This document shows, in pieces, positions 40,816 to 56,619 of a stretch of DNA of 64,000 nucleotides (the first letter of the stretch is position 1; every line of letters begins with the position of its first letter). The notes beneath the pieces are model-generated. The model did not search any database and was not told where the DNA came from. It worked only from the letters and a program-made list of their open reading frames with translations. The position numbers and the translations under genes are program-made. The DNA lies in the NCBI GenBank assembly GCA_951406725.2, contig OX597828.1, positions 31,682,001 to 31,746,000 on the forward strand, in the 5' to 3' direction. Source of the stretch: Octopus vulgaris (taxonomy: Eukaryota).

Positions 40816-42962
40816 GAATAACAGAACATATACCTCTCTCTCCCCCTCTCCCCCTCTCTCTCATATATATATGGCACAGCAATTTTTAAGTTGTGCATAC
40901 GAAGATTTTGTTGTATGCAATATTTGAATATACTGCATAATATAAAGACTGTAATCTCAAATGATTTATATTTATTTGAATTAATAGTGACAGAGCTTTG
41001 TTTCTTTCTTTTTAGTCTGAATTATGGCGGAGGTGGATGCGTCAGGCATTCGGAGAAAAATGTAATTTCCTGCAATCAAATGCTTCACATTTCTTTACAT
41101 CGAACTTTCAATACTTCAAGTGTGTTGTTTTAACTTTTCTATACGCTTTCTGGCGAATTTGTTATAAATTTATAAGTACATACATGTTATACAGCAAAAA
41201 ATTTGGAGAAATCGATTCTCCTGCCTAGTTTTTCTTCATATTTTTCCTACATATTAGTCTTACACATATTAATCTGAAACGATTACCTAGTTCCTAACAA
41301 AAATAATTCAAGAAACTATATTCAAACGATTGACTACAAACTATGTTATTATGAAAAAAATAAAACTAGCAAAACAGCAAACAAGAGTAAATAGTGATTG
41401 TCTCTGCTTTTGTTTGTCGTTTCTTCTTCATAGCCAATTCATATACGTACCACGTTTAGGCCTATTCAGCTACAATTTTTTTATAGTATTCTGACGACTG
41501 GACTAGATATATTTTCCACAAAGCTTAACTGATTTTAGAAGAGGAGAAAGAAAATAGAAAAAAAAGTATTCGACCGAATTTTCATTCAATTCATGTAATA
41601 TTCAACTTTTGATGTCTACCAACTTCGATTTTCTACTAAATGTTCCACTGCAGATCACAGATGCTTTAATTTTTTTTTATGTTTCAACACACTTTACTAT
41701 TCTCCATAACAGAATTTTCTTTTTTTTACTGTTATTATAATCTTTCTACTCTGAAACATAACACGTGTTTGTTTTTTGTTTGGATTTGTTTGTTTTTTTT
41801 GTTGTTTTGACATCAGTATCTGTGCCCTAAACTATAAAGGATACATTAAAAAATACTCTTTTGCAAGGGAAAGTATTACGTTCTCATTTTCCCCTATCAG
41901 TTTTATTTTCATTCGTTATGATATCTTCTCGCTCTATTGGGTAAATATCCATCATAGCATTTTATTCATTAATATTTTTGTATTTAAAAGCATCCATTAA
42001 TGTTTTTTTTTTTCTATTTAATTTTTTATTAGTAATATAATGATTCAGAGAAATAATCATGTGTGTTTTTATTATAAACTTTCACTTGTTTCACTATGAT
42101 TTCATCAGAGATAAATTTGTAGAACAAATAACGAATGCATCGAGAGTGAATCTTTGAAGGTGAACACTCTTTTACGTTCACTTTTAACTTATTATAATCA
42201 TATGATGATATATAGTGTAATCATATGATGATATGTAGTGCAATCTGCAAAATGATTGTCCACCAAGCGATAGATACGTGGATCTTATCCAGTGAAACAT
42301 ATTTTCTATGTCCATTTTACCTCCTAAGTTGTTAAACTGGTAATATATTTTTACCGTGATTGGTTTAGCAGTAATTGATTTAAGACATTTATTAATATGA
42401 TTTTATGTGCAATGTTGCATATTAGTATATCTCTAAGATCGTATTTATTTGTCTGTGGAATTAAAATTTCACTAATTAGAATAACGTGATATTATTCTAC
42501 CTCTCTCAAACTACGAAGCCCTAAGTTACGGCGGACGTAAATAAACCAGCATTCGCCGTCGAGAGTTGTTGAATTACACCACACACATGAAATCACAAAC
42601 ATAGATACATGCACACTCGCATATGCTTATGTAACGGATTTATTTCAGATTCTGTCTACGAAATTCATTCTCAAGTAACTTTAATAATAAACATTTAGCC
42701 TCAATGAAAACACGGCATTTTATTGCTTAGATATGTTTCAATATAACTCTTGAATAGAAAACGAAGTTTTCTGATATAGAGTATTGACATGATACAGTAT
42801 ACAAAGCACTGATTTATGAGTAATTGATGTTGTATTTATGTTGTAAGCAAACAGTAATTTATATCTCAATGTTTTCTAGGAAAAGAATCACGAAAGAAAT
42901 TTTGATTAATTTTAACTAAAAATGTATTCAGTGTCCTGATAAAGAGTCACACATTCTAGATC

Positions 42963-43098
42963 ATACATACATCCATGCATACACGCATACATACATACAT
43001 TCATACATTCATACATACATACATACATACATACATACATACATACATACATACATTCATACATACATACATACATACATACATACATACATACATAC
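42963..43098. repeat. (CATA)n microsatellite
   Basis: Direct observation. Confidence 0.95.
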
Positions 43099-43462
43099 AA
43101 ACAAAAGGGTACCTTCGTGCGTATGTGTGATTAAACACATCTTTGGGTGTCGAAGACAGAAATTTATAGAATTTTCTTTGGTTGCAGCCAAAGTGCAATA
43201 AATCGACTTATGGTTTTTTTTCCACACTTATCCACTGAACGATGTATTGCAAGTAAAAATAGGTTTCCAACTCCCAGTGTTGCTATTTCAACATTTGCTC
43301 TAAATAAATGGTGAAGTATGCACTCAATCATATGTAATTGTTTTATGTCATCTGTTTTTATTTACACAACTGAATCAATGATCATCACACATCACCTCCC
43401 TACGGAAGCAGCTAACAATCTATAAGCCACCATCTCACATACCCTCATTCATTAATATATAA

Positions 43463-43473
43463 ATGTATGCATG

Positions 43474-43570
<97 letters not shown>

Positions 43571-43574
43571 GTAT

Positions 43575-43619
<45 letters not shown>

Positions 43620-43704
43620 CTATATATATATCTACATACATATCTACGTATATATGTATGTATATGTGTATATATATGTGCATATATATATATATGTATA
43701 TGTG

Positions 43705-43775
<71 letters not shown>

Positions 43776-43790
43776 ATGTGTGTGTATGTG
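43463..43790. repeat. Long (TA)n/(TG)n microsatellite
   Basis: Direct observation. Confidence 0.95.
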
Positions 43791-44427
43791 GACGTCTGTT
43801 CTAAAATACATGTGAACAGTTAATCCGATCAGATAAACTCAAGAACCTATTTTGGCACCGATACAAACATAACTTCAGTAGTAAGATTAGAGAATTCAGT
43901 AAATGTTTACCCACGAATAACACTTATTTACCGAGCACCTCACATGTTTAAAGATATTGATGTCATTAGGAGTCTTTAATTAATAGAAGTTTACTTAAAC
44001 TGATTGACAGGTGACAAATAGACTACAAAAAAAATAGAACGTTGTATATTTAAATCCTAATAAACATGTTGATAATTAACTTTTGTGTTAAGTTTTAAAT
44101 AGGTAAAAGTTCCATTCAGAGAGCTTAGATTATTATTCCTCTACAAATTCTACATTTACGTACACGGTCAGGGAAGCAAACACATTATGAGACAAACACA
44201 TATAGACTTACACATATACACACAAAAGCACACGCATGAACTCATACAAAAAACTTTATCTACAGACACTCGAATATATATGTTTAAAAATGTTGATTTG
44301 CTCTAACATACATCTATCGCGTTCTCTATATATCTATTTACCAATGTATCTATCTAGTAATCTATCTATGTATCAATATATCTATCCATCTATACATTGC
44401 TTATTGAATACTCTTACTCTGGTTATT

Positions 44428-44626
44428 GAATACTCTTTTACCATTTGACTTGTTTCACTCATTTGACTGTGGCCATGCTGGAGCACCACCTTTAGTCGAG
44501 CAAATTGACCCCAAGAATTATTATCTGTAAGCCTAGTACTTATTCTATCGTTCTCTTTTGCCGAACCGCTAAGTTACGGGGACGGAAAAATACCAGCATC
44601 GGTTCTCAATCGATGTTGGGGTCGGG

Positions 44627-44686
<60 letters not shown>

Positions 44687-44860
44687 CATATATACGACCG
44701 GTTTCTTTCAGTTTCAATCTACCAAATCCACTCACAAGGTTTTGGTCGGCCCGAGGTTATAGTAGAAGACACTTGCCCAAGTTGCCACGCAGTGGGACTG
44801 AACCAGGAACTATGTGGTTGGTAAGCAAGGTACTTACTACACAGCCACTCCTACGTCTAT
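44428..44860 (-). mobile_element. tRNA-derived SINE (family B), full length
   Basis: Reverse-complement homolog of 48234-48640. Confidence 0.9.
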
Positions 44861-44889
44861 AATGTGAAAGTAAAGAAGTTTTTTTTTTT

Positions 44890-46006
44890 ATATATACAAA
44901 GATGACCATCTTTCACGTCATCTTTCTTGCAACTTCATGATTCCGCGCTTATAGAATTTCTGTTCGTTATTAGTCAAATACGGAAGTGTGATTTCAGGTT
45001 ATGGTCATTATTGACTGGTTTATCATTCTAAGAATTTTGCAAACATCGAAATAGATAGTAGCCTGATGGTGCCAGATCAGGACTATATGGTGAATTGAGC
45101 GGCACTTCCCAACCAAGCTCCAATAATTTTTCACGAGTTAGCAAAGACGTGTGAGGTCTAGCCTTGGCATAGTGGGGCACCATTCCTTTACGATTTGAAA
45201 ATTCTGGCCGCTTTTCTTTTATTGCTTCCTTCAGGTATCATTATTTGTCGAGAGTAAACATCTGAATTGATCGTTTGGCTCATTGGAAGCAGCTCAAACT
45301 ACACAACACCACTCTAATCCCACGAGATTGACAGCATGCTCATTTTATAATGTAATTCTGATTTGGACGTGGTTTGTGCTGGTTCATTGAGCTTGGTCCA
45401 TGATCATTTTAGATTGATGTTATTTTAGACAATCCATTTTTCGTCACCAGTGATACTTTGTTTCAAAAGCAAATTAATTTCATTCGTTGTCTCAAGTGGA
45501 TCTCTTTGAATTTATGTGGAACGCAAATATCGCAAATATCGATGCCAAGATATTTTAAATGGTATTCAATTATTTTGTGTGACATGTTTAACCGTTCTGC
45601 AGTATCTAGCACAGTTATATGATACTCAGATTCATATGTCGTTGTGATTCAGTCATTATTAATTTAAGTAGGTCGACCAGAACTTTGCTCGTCTTTCAAT
45701 GAAAGTCAGCAGAAGGGAAAGTTTTTAAACGAGTTCTTTAAACCAATCAAAAATATAAACTTATGATAACTCTTAGTGATCCTCAGCGGCAAAATATGGA
45801 GAAAATAATCGTTTTTGCACTCCATTTAGAAATTGACACTTAATTAACTGATGTAAACAACATTACGGGCAATTTGCTTCTAAACTAAGCTAAAAGTAAC
45901 GGCCATCAAATGTCAAAAGGACAAAATCATAACATTGACAAGCTTCATTCAAACAATTAATAACAATTTGTAAAAATCAAAATTACTCTCTTGCCAAACC
46001 AATATA
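44890..46006 (-). mobile_element. Decayed mariner (Tc1/mariner) DNA transposon
   Basis: Start MECKNDYFLHIL at 45825; ITGDEKWIV; KEKRPEFSNRKG..ARPHTSLLTREKLLELGWEV..SPYSPDLAPS; QKFYKRGIMKL. A mariner-like 5' TIR, TA-ttggtttggcaagagagtaatt, lies at ~45980-46006. The 3' TIR is not seen. Confidence 0.88.
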
Positions 46007-46309
46007 TAAACAACCACACACACACACACGCACACACACATATATATATAGAGAGAGACACACACAAACATATATATATATATATATATGCATACATATT
46101 AGTGTGTCTGTGTGTATTGTGTTACATCCCAAAACACACATGAACATTGTTATATACGGATTTATATGCGCATGCACAAACACGACCACAAAAATACCTA
46201 TGTAGTTATGTATCAATCGCCCACTTGGCCTCTCTTATTCTATCTTCCTTTCTCTCTCTTTCTATCTCCCTCTTTCTCCCACTTTCTCTCTGTAGCACAT
46301 ATGAAATGC

Positions 46310-46403
46310 ATTTATATATACACACACATACATATATATATACACGCACACACACACACATATATATATATATGTACATATATAAACTTGTATAAATAAA
46401 TAA

Positions 46404-46447
<44 letters not shown>

Positions 46448-46499
46448 AAGGGTATATGTGTATATATATACGCATATATGTGTATATATACATATCGAT

Positions 46500-46573
<74 letters not shown>

Positions 46574-46592
46574 ATACGCACACATATATGTG

Positions 46593-46631
<39 letters not shown>

Positions 46632-46653
46632 GCATATATATAGATATATATAT
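46310..46653. repeat. Compound (TA)n/(CA)n microsatellite
   Basis: Direct observation. Confidence 0.95.
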
Positions 46654-46963
46654 TAGTAAATAGTTTAGGTAATGCATAGTAAAGTGCTTGTTTTCTATTA
46701 CATCAAAGAAATGAGAATTGTATTAATATCCATTGCGGAGTAATTCTTCAGAAATCTAAGTATAAATTGATGATAACATCCACATATAACTGATGGTAGT
46801 TTGACGCCATAATGAAATATGTCTGTAAATTAATAGATATAGAATATAAGAACGTACGCAGATAATCGGCGACTATGTACAAGAACATAAGTTAACTGGA
46901 CATTAGTTTTCAGAAGTTTATATACATATATCTATCTGTAAGCAGTGAGTGTATGTATATACG

Positions 46964-47002
<39 letters not shown>

Positions 47003-47043
47003 ATGTGTGTGTGTGTGTATGTGTGTGTGTGTTTCTGTATATA

Positions 47044-47089
<46 letters not shown>

Positions 47090-47529
47090 TTTATAAACAT
47101 ATATACATATATGCATAGATACGTATATATGCACACATGTATATATGTACGTACGTGTGTGTGTATACTAATTACATAGCTGTAGTTAAGTTATTGATTG
47201 AAAGTTTCATGTCTATCACATAAAAATTTGCTTTCATGTATCGTCAGCTGTTTATATGATATCTCCTTTGTAATGTCAATTGAATATTATTAACATTATT
47301 AGCGTCCGGATATACCGTATATCCCTATAATGATTTATATATGAAAATCCTTTATTGAGATGAAAAATAATGCAGTACTAAACATTACGTTAATTACAAC
47401 TCATTCAGCATCTTCTGTATTTCACTCTTATATGCTGAATGCTTCATGTTTTGCTAATATCTCCAATGAATATTATACGTGTCTATTATACATATCTGCA
47501 CGCGTCGGAGCATATATACACCTATGTAG

Positions 47530-47576
<47 letters not shown>

Positions 47577-47621
47577 TGTGTGTGTGTGTGTGTTGTATGT
47601 GTGTATGTGTGTGCATATAAG

Positions 47622-47659
<38 letters not shown>

Positions 47660-47743
47660 CTTATCTATCTATCCATCTATCTATTTAAGTATCTATTTAT
47701 ATAACTCTTTTTACCTGTACATATGTATATATATATATATATA

Positions 47744-47782
<39 letters not shown>

Positions 47783-48233
47783 AGCTACACTCACACAACA
47801 TACGTACATATGTTGATATATATATATATAATGGCCTAATTCGAGAATTACCAAGTAAACGGATTTTTATGTGGATTCAATTATTTGCGTTTTAATCTTC
47901 AAAACTCGTTTATTAAATTACAGGCCATCACTGGTTTCACTTAAGCAGTCTTCCTCTGCTATTCCATGGGTATCTGTCACTTCTCTATCCCAAACTATTC
48001 ACGATGATATATTCAAGATTTTCTGTCCTGGAACTATTTTATATAATGATAAATATTCAGAATGACACGAGAAATATTCAAATCAATTTCATTGTTTCTG
48101 GAATATGCCTGTATCTTTTTAAATAACAGTTCAATTAACTCCCCAACCTTATGGATTGTATTTACATTTGGAGAAACAAAATTGGCCACACAGAACAAAA
48201 TACGGATCTAAAATTTAAAATGCAATAACAGTA

Positions 48234-48640
48234 TAGGTGTAGGAGTGGCTGTGTGGTAAGTAGCTTGCTAACCAACCACACGGTTCCGGGTTCAGTCCTA
48301 CTGCGTGGCATATTGGACAAGTGTCTTCTGCTATAGCCTCGGGCCGACCAATGCCTTGTGAGTGGATTTGGTAGACGGAAACTGAAAGAAGCCTGTCGTA
48401 TATATGTATGCATGTGTGTGTTTGTGTGTCTGTGTTTTTCCCCCTAGCATTGCTTGACAACCAATGCTGGTGTGTTTACGTCCCCGTAACTTAGCGGTTC
48501 GGCAAAAAGAGACCGATAGAATAAGTACTGGGATTATAAAGAATAAGTCCCGGGGTCGATTTGCTCGACTAAAGGCGGTGCTCCAGCATGGCCACAGTCA
48601 AATGACTGAAAGAAGTAAAAGATTAAAAGAGTAAACGAGT
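48234..48640 (+). mobile_element. tRNA-derived SINE (family B), full length
   Basis: tggctgtgtggtaag A box, gggttcagtcc B box, internal TA/TG tract, tail ggtgctccagcatggccacagtcaaatgactgaaa, and short tandem 3' repeats. Confidence 0.9.
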
Positions 48641-51600
48641 AGTATTTCTGCTCTTTTAAACTTCATTATTTCTACACAGGAGATCATAATATTTTAAGAA
48701 CGGGTATTGATTTCAGTCATATATATAATGATTCAGATAATCGATAAATATTTAAGGAAGTATAGAAATGAAAAAAAAAACAAACAATACGCCTACTTTC
48801 TACATTCCTGTGATAATGACCCTTGTACACTTTGTCTATTAATATTGTGTTCGACATTGTCAAAACCATCGAGAAAACACCCCCCTCTACGATAGATGAA
48901 AATCCGTGAAGTATAACCAGTACTGTACTGTATTTTATTATTATAATTTTTTTTATAGTTTGTATACATTGAATTTATCCTAAATGCAAAACAACACCGC
49001 AGAGGAATGGACATAAATTGAATTAATAAACTGCAATAGGTGAACCGCGATATGGCCAAGGATTACTGTATACACTTTGGATTCGAAATTCTGCAGTCGC
49101 CAAACTGTCATATGCTATGGACATGTTGTGTACATTCTGTGCGACCTAAATAAATAATAATTAGATGCTATTTAAACTCCCAGAATTACTCATTGAACAG
49201 AATATTGTACAGACATATAATTGTACTGATATCATACAGAAAGATATACACATATATATGTTATATAAGTGTGTCCATGCGTAACTATGTATGCATGTAG
49301 CTATGGTTAATATATATTTATATACATACTCACATACACATATGCATATGTTTGAATAGATATACGTATGCATAGATAGAGAGACAGAGAGATAAATTGA
49401 GAGACAGACAGAGGGAAGATTTATGGAAGCCCTAGATCAAATATATTCATACGTAAAATATACTGGTCATGCTAGAATATAAAAACTATAAAAACGAACA
49501 AAATATATATGGGTGATAAATACGTTAAATAAATAATGAAAATAACTCAATAACAAACCTGTGCCTTGAAATTAGGTAAGTATATTACTATTAAATTTAA
49601 TATTTGATACCAGTTGCATTTGTATAAAATAAAAACTGCTACAATAACAACAAAAAAAACGAAGAAACGCTCTTGGTGTAACTATCTCTTTTGAAGAAAT
49701 ACATCGCATTAATCAGGGCCAATAATCAAGCCTGATGGGTTATTGTTGCCTTAGTATCCATGCATGGAAAACGAATGCAAATATTTGTTAAAATATTTCA
49801 CAACATTTACTCATAAAGTGCATGTGTTTATGCAAAGACGTATGACTTGTCAGAAAGAAAACCTGTATCCAGGTAAACACACACAGATATATACATATGT
49901 ATGTGTGTATGAATGGTTGAGTGTATCCATGTATATATGCATATATGTACGCGTGTTTGTGAGATGCAGCGCGAATTCCGCCAGACATACTGGCAATAGG
50001 AAGCTATGGATTATAGCTTTTTCTTGCTATAATTATGGTGACTAGGCAATGTCTATAAATTGAAATATATGTTTATATCTCATGCCACTGTAAGTTCAGT
50101 TTTTAGATTGATGCTTGCGCATGTGCTGAAATGTGATGAAGAAAGTTTAGCAGCCAACATTTAGCAATATTACAATCCCTACGTAAAATATCTTTTGTAA
50201 AGTATTCTCTATTACACAGCTGAACACGTGGACCCCCTTGCAATAAATTTATATATTGTACATATTTCGAATTTCAGAGATATGCATTCATCCAAAGCAT
50301 ATTTTATTGATAGGATTCGAGCAAGCATTGCTTGACATTATAGATGCGTTATTCATTGATGGTTGAATGGAATCATTCAGTATATTAAAATCGGAGCATT
50401 TTCTACCTCTTCTGTAGTGATGAATGGCAGAGTTAAATGTGTATTACATTTGCGCGTGTTGCCTTTATGCCGACTATCTCAGCCGTTTCCGTAGCACTTG
50501 AATTAATATTCATTTACATCAAAGTAACACACATGCACATGTAAGCATGTGTATAAACGCACTGTACACTCCGTTCTCGGTGTGCATACAGCCTCAAACG
50601 AAAACCACAATTATATCGATCGATCTTGATGCAGTAACATGGAATCTCAATAATTGATTATGAACAATTAAGCAACTAAAATTGCCTCTGGACAGGTAAA
50701 TTGAAAATTGACTATCAACAGTTTATAAACAATGTAATATTAGTGTTGAGTCTTTAAAAGTAAACCAGTACATGTTTAGAGGCCTTCAAATTCTGAAGAA
50801 ATTAATGCTGAATAATTGATGTAAACAGAATTATATCAAGCGTACTTGTTTCTGTTTTATATCGGTGAATGTTGGTGTCTGCTTCGTCAGTATGAGCACA
50901 ACAGGTGCAACATTACTCGTAGGAAATGTAGCACGCTGCAAATATTTTATTTTTTAATGAAAAGAGGAAACGTTTGCAGTAAATAATATAATATAAAGCA
51001 TAAGCAGAAAAGAAATTTACATATATTTGTTTAATCAAATCTATATAATGTTTATGCGTAAGATTTGTAAGACGCGATTGTTAGACATTTGAAGGTGTAA
51101 AGATATAACTTATTGAAATAAAATCATATAGACGTTTACTATGCAGACATGATTATTGGATTTTGAAAAAAATCAATACTCATATATATATTCAGTTCTA
51201 TCACCCCTCCACTAATGAATACTCGTCTAAAAATTCTTAATCTTCCTTAACTGTTGCATTAGACTTTTGTCCAGCTAGAATATGTGAGAAGCACGTACCG
51301 AAAAAGGGAAATGAACTATTACTTTGGTGTCTTAACTATTGTTACAAAGTATGATGCAATCTTGAATATACGTCAGATATTAATAGACAGATACCGCTGA
51401 AGTCGCTAATCCACATTAAGAAAACCTTAAACATATATAATTATCTTAAATGAAGTTATTTAGAAAACCCCGACCAGCAACCCGGTTTTAGAATTACTCT
51501 AGGAAAATGCCCCTTATTATTGAAAATGAGACCTTGTGAGTTTTCATGTATACTTGTCCTCCTTCTCATCGAAAGTGTCATATCCTTGAGAAAGGACCTG

Positions 51601-53414
51601 TAAAATCTAGGAATTATATATCCATAAACGTAATGTTTAATAAACGAATAAAGAAAAAAAAAACTGAATAACATAGCAATAGAGACAATAAAGTATACAA
51701 TTTAAAGACTGAAATTTAATTACATAGAACCGTCTAAAAATATCAGAGATATTTTATAGCTACTTGACTTCGATATATATAATATGCAAAATTACACTCA
51801 CATCTGTTTGAATAGGTGAGTACATACACACAAGTATTATATTGCAAAGTATATCATTATAGTATATCGTTATAAGTATAAACATTGCAATGTATATCAC
51901 TACTGCAATAAGAATATTGAGACCATCAGGATGTAGTACATCATTGACAGTAAGCATTTTAGTATGTACAAATGTACAGAAGCATTTACGCATACATTTA
52001 TTCGGTAACCGGCCTCTCTGAGCAGCTTAACATATTGCATATGCCAAATACGAATCTATTATTCAACGGCAAACACCCACGTGAAAAGAGATTTACATGC
52101 ATTTGAAACAGACAGGTGACAAATTGTGCAGATAATTATGTTAATATTATATCGTTACAAATAAATCTCCTGTATATCCCGTGCAGCTTGTAGCTCCATA
52201 ATTTTACACTTGATCGACATGATAATCAAGCGACCTAATTTTCAACTTCCCTACAAACCTTGGAAAATATTCAGCGTAAATTTCTCTGGCAGTCCAAAAG
52301 TCATTCCACATCCACGCGAATCAAAACATCAAAAGCGCTCTTTAAAAATTTCGAAGCAGCCCAACGGAACGAATTCAGCCGAGTAACACAGTGAACATTT
52401 TATGAATTCACCAACACTGTAAAATCAATGTAGATTTTGCAGTATATATATTTAATAAAATCGTTATCAATGAATCAATAAAATATATCCCGCAAGGCAA
52501 CATAAAAAATACAATCTCAATTATACACCAGAAATAGCCAAAATGATAAAAGCCAAAAAAAGCAAATCATTAACAAAATATAATAAACAGATATCTGCCT
52601 TGATGCACATGAGAAGGTCGTGTGTGTAGGAGCTGATGTAAAATAGAATGATATCCGGCTTCTTTCGTTGATCATTGAAGCTTTACTTACTGTAGTGTTT
52701 GCCGGTACTGGTCTCAGCATTTCAGCACAATAAATAGCTAACACATATAGCTGAAATAACTACTCGCCCCACTATGTATTGCCGCAGCACCTAGAAGAAA
52801 TAGCAAGTGTCTCTAGCCTCACTAGTAACTTTGTAAAGAACACATACCATAATGTTTACTTTGACCCATGGCAAAGACACAGACAGTTAAGTCACCATTA
52901 AAATTCATATGAGTAGTAGTCTCCTCGATAAGATCATGTCTGATGCCAGCATCCAACAAGTCGGTACATTAAATTAAATATGTGCGCAATAAATATATGT
53001 ATTCTTTGTTACGGACATTATGCTCCAGAAACGAACTTTCTCTGGCTAAAGTTAGTGAGGCGAATCCGTCACTGTATTATCTTTCAAATACAACTTTATT
53101 TTATAAGGATCCATTGCTCTTAACAATCATGCACAATACCTATTGTCAAGAACATCTGCAAATTGGGCTCTTCTCCTTATAGATGGCTTCCTTGTTGTCA
53201 CAGAGCTACAGCGACTGAAATTCCATTATCATCATTCCACAGCATCGGAGACCTTGTAAGTTTTCATGTATACTGGTCCTCCTTCCAGACACAGTAATTA
53301 TATAAAAGAACAGCAAGAACCATTAACAGTAGCAAGATAAACACATGGAACCTTCAATTCTAATGGACATCTTGTTTCACTCTTCGAATTAAATAAGTTG
53401 TGAAATTCACATTT

Positions 53415-53460
53415 CTAATATCTAGGTACACACACCTGCTTGTGTGTACCTAGATATTAG
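53415..53460. repeat. Perfect 20-bp-stem hairpin
   Basis: ctaatatctaggtacacaca-cctgct-tgtgtgtacctagatattag. Confidence 0.9.
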
Positions 53461-54408
53461 GTTCACACAAGCGGATGTTTCTGGATGTATTTGGATATTT
53501 CTGGATCTATATGTGTACCTTCATGTATATATGAAGTTAGGATGAAGAGAGTCATTAAAGAAACATTGAAAGAGATATGTTGATACTGAAACAACCAAAC
53601 ATTTCTGTTAGTTCCTTAATCTGTTTTATGTATGTAAACTAAATTATAGGTTTCATTGGTGTTTATATACAAATATGCCCATAGAATATTCGAATGTTTT
53701 CCGTGCATCTTAAAAAAAAAAAATAATATGATTAACTCCTAAGTTCGCTAACTCTCGTTTCCACTTGAAAATTTAAATGGTGTACGCTGATCTATATGAA
53801 ACTAGCGTAGTTAGTCAACATTATCCAAATACCAATTATCAAAAATTATGTTCTTTCGGTTAAACGTAAAAGGAATAATAACATATATATAGTCTGTTAT
53901 TTTGTAGTCATCCTCTATGTAAATATATGTGCATATATCTTTCATTTTAATGCAGATAAGTTTAATGTATTTTCAGGTTTCTATGATGTGTGAAGCTTTC
54001 AATATTTTGTTTATCTTGAATTTTAATTACGTGATTTAAAAAATAGCATCTCCGTTTTTACTTTTCTATTTTAAAAAAAATCCAGCTTAATATGCAATAG
54101 TTTTCAAGTTTTGATAATATTAGAAGTTATGTCTTGAGGAGCAGATAAATAAATATACAAGTATTCTGAATAAACACACCTACAAGTTTTGAAAATAGAT
54201 ATTCTCACAGGAGGAATGTGATATAAAAAAAAAACTAAAACAAGCCTCCGTCTTTGAAAGCGTGTAATACCTAAATAGGTTTTGGTTAGTTACATCTATT
54301 TGTGTCGCTATCTATGTACACAATGATGCAGATATAGATATTTATATACAGTTAAGTATATGTGTGTCTATATATAAATACATACATGCTCATACATACA
54401 TACATACA

Positions 54409-54464
<56 letters not shown>

Positions 54465-56375
54465 TGTGTATGTATGTATACATGCACTCATATAGGAACA
54501 CCTACGCACACTCTCATTACGTGTACGTATATAAATACATATGATGATTATTATAAGATCTCTTGGAAATATTCGTTCGTAGGAAATATATATGTCATAA
54601 TATGTCATATGTAGTGAAATATATGTTCAAATCATACAAATGAAACGTTTATTTAGATTTATGTTGATTATTATGAAGTCTTTTTATTGTCCCTCTTTCA
54701 TCGCTGAATGCATATCATTCACAGATATACAAAGCGAAATGTAGAGATGTATCCCAAAAGGCGTCCTTGAATCTTTTATTTATGAATTATTCTCGCATGA
54801 AATAGGATTTGTACGACAAAGTAGGTAAAATATTGTTCTTCAAAAATCGATAATTTGTTCCAGACGTGTTCGTTTATCTATCGAGAAATGCACAAAAGTG
54901 CGCTTTTTAGTTTTAGTAGCATTTAATAATATGTGGTTCCATAATACTCATCGACAAATTGCAGCCTTAGAATGAGCGTGCATAGCATGTTTGATTAGCG
55001 TTGTAAATAGCTATTAGATTGTCCGGTTGTTCCTTTCAGAACTAAAAACAAATTTTAACATATCACGCAATTTATGGCACTGTGCTGTTACTTTCTCTTG
55101 GATATCCGTTTGCTGGAATTTTGAAGTTATGTTCCTTCATTATAGATTTATCAATCTCGAATCGAAATACAGTATTTATGATTCTAAGTATCTCTCTTAC
55201 TGCGCGTACTTTAATTCATCAGATGAAAGACTTGGCACGACGGCAGGAGAAAAATATTGGCATCAATTCCAATTATAGTTATTTCTGTTATTCACGGAGA
55301 CGATTTGCATCAAATGATCAATATCGACTCTAGTGGTATTTTAAAATGAAATATAGATGTTAATAATTAACCTCTATTCACATGCTGAAGTGCAAATAAG
55401 AATAATTTATAACTGGTTATTGTTGTTAATCATCAGCTCAATTTCAAAACGAAATGAACCAGGGTATTCGCCAAGTAGACTGGAAAACAGGTTTAAATGA
55501 TTCTAAAGGATATACTCGAATTTAGGGACAATTACACGTAACTGGATGACTTGCAAATGTTTTTTTTCTCTATTTGCTATAATAATTTAAATCCTCAAGA
55601 ACCCACCACTGTTGTATCAAGAAAATTATTTTTTTTTGTAATGACCTATATAAATATGCCCCATTGCTACCCTTGTCAGTGCAGTAGTATGTCAAATAAC
55701 GAATGCGACGCATCATGTTCTATGCTCTACAAGTTCAAACCAATGCGTCTATGTAAATTTATGTTTTAATCAACCCCATAAATATAAAACAGAAACTTGA
55801 TCTCGAGATTATTTGAAACCAGAGCACAAAGAAATAGGAAGAATGCCGCGTGGATTACCACGTTACTGAATCTGCAAAATCGTATCCATTATGTAATACG
55901 GATCCTCACATCAACATTTCACCGTGTCTGAATTTTTTCAATAATAAGCAATTGGTACTGTGATATTGTCCCTTAGATAGCAGATGTACTTGTATACTTG
56001 TTAGCAACTGTACATTATGTAATCATTGGGTTAAAGCAAGCATTTGTGACATATATGAATTTCTGAAAATATTTAGGTGTGACAGCAATGATACAAATAG
56101 ATGTGAATAAAATCATGAGCAACATCAAACTAAGAAGAGTTCGGTTAGACGGGTGACATTCAAATTGTCTACTACGCTTTATCATCGATTTATGTTTTCA
56201 TATTGGAGGCAGTGCATTTCCAGTAACTACTTGAAGCCTACCAACATTCGCATATACTAACTAGGTCAACTTTTCAAAACAGCTGTTATACGGTTTTCTG
56301 TTTAGACATTTTAACTATGGATATATGTGGGTGTATATATATATGTAGATAGATTGATAGAAAGATAGATATACA

Positions 56376-56459
<84 letters not shown>

Positions 56460-56552
56460 CGTGATGTATGTCTATATACACATATATAGAATGCGTAACG
56501 TGCTGGACGTTCATCTACAAAGTCAACCAGGCAGCGAGATAACTAGATAAAG

Positions 56553-56619
<67 letters not shown>

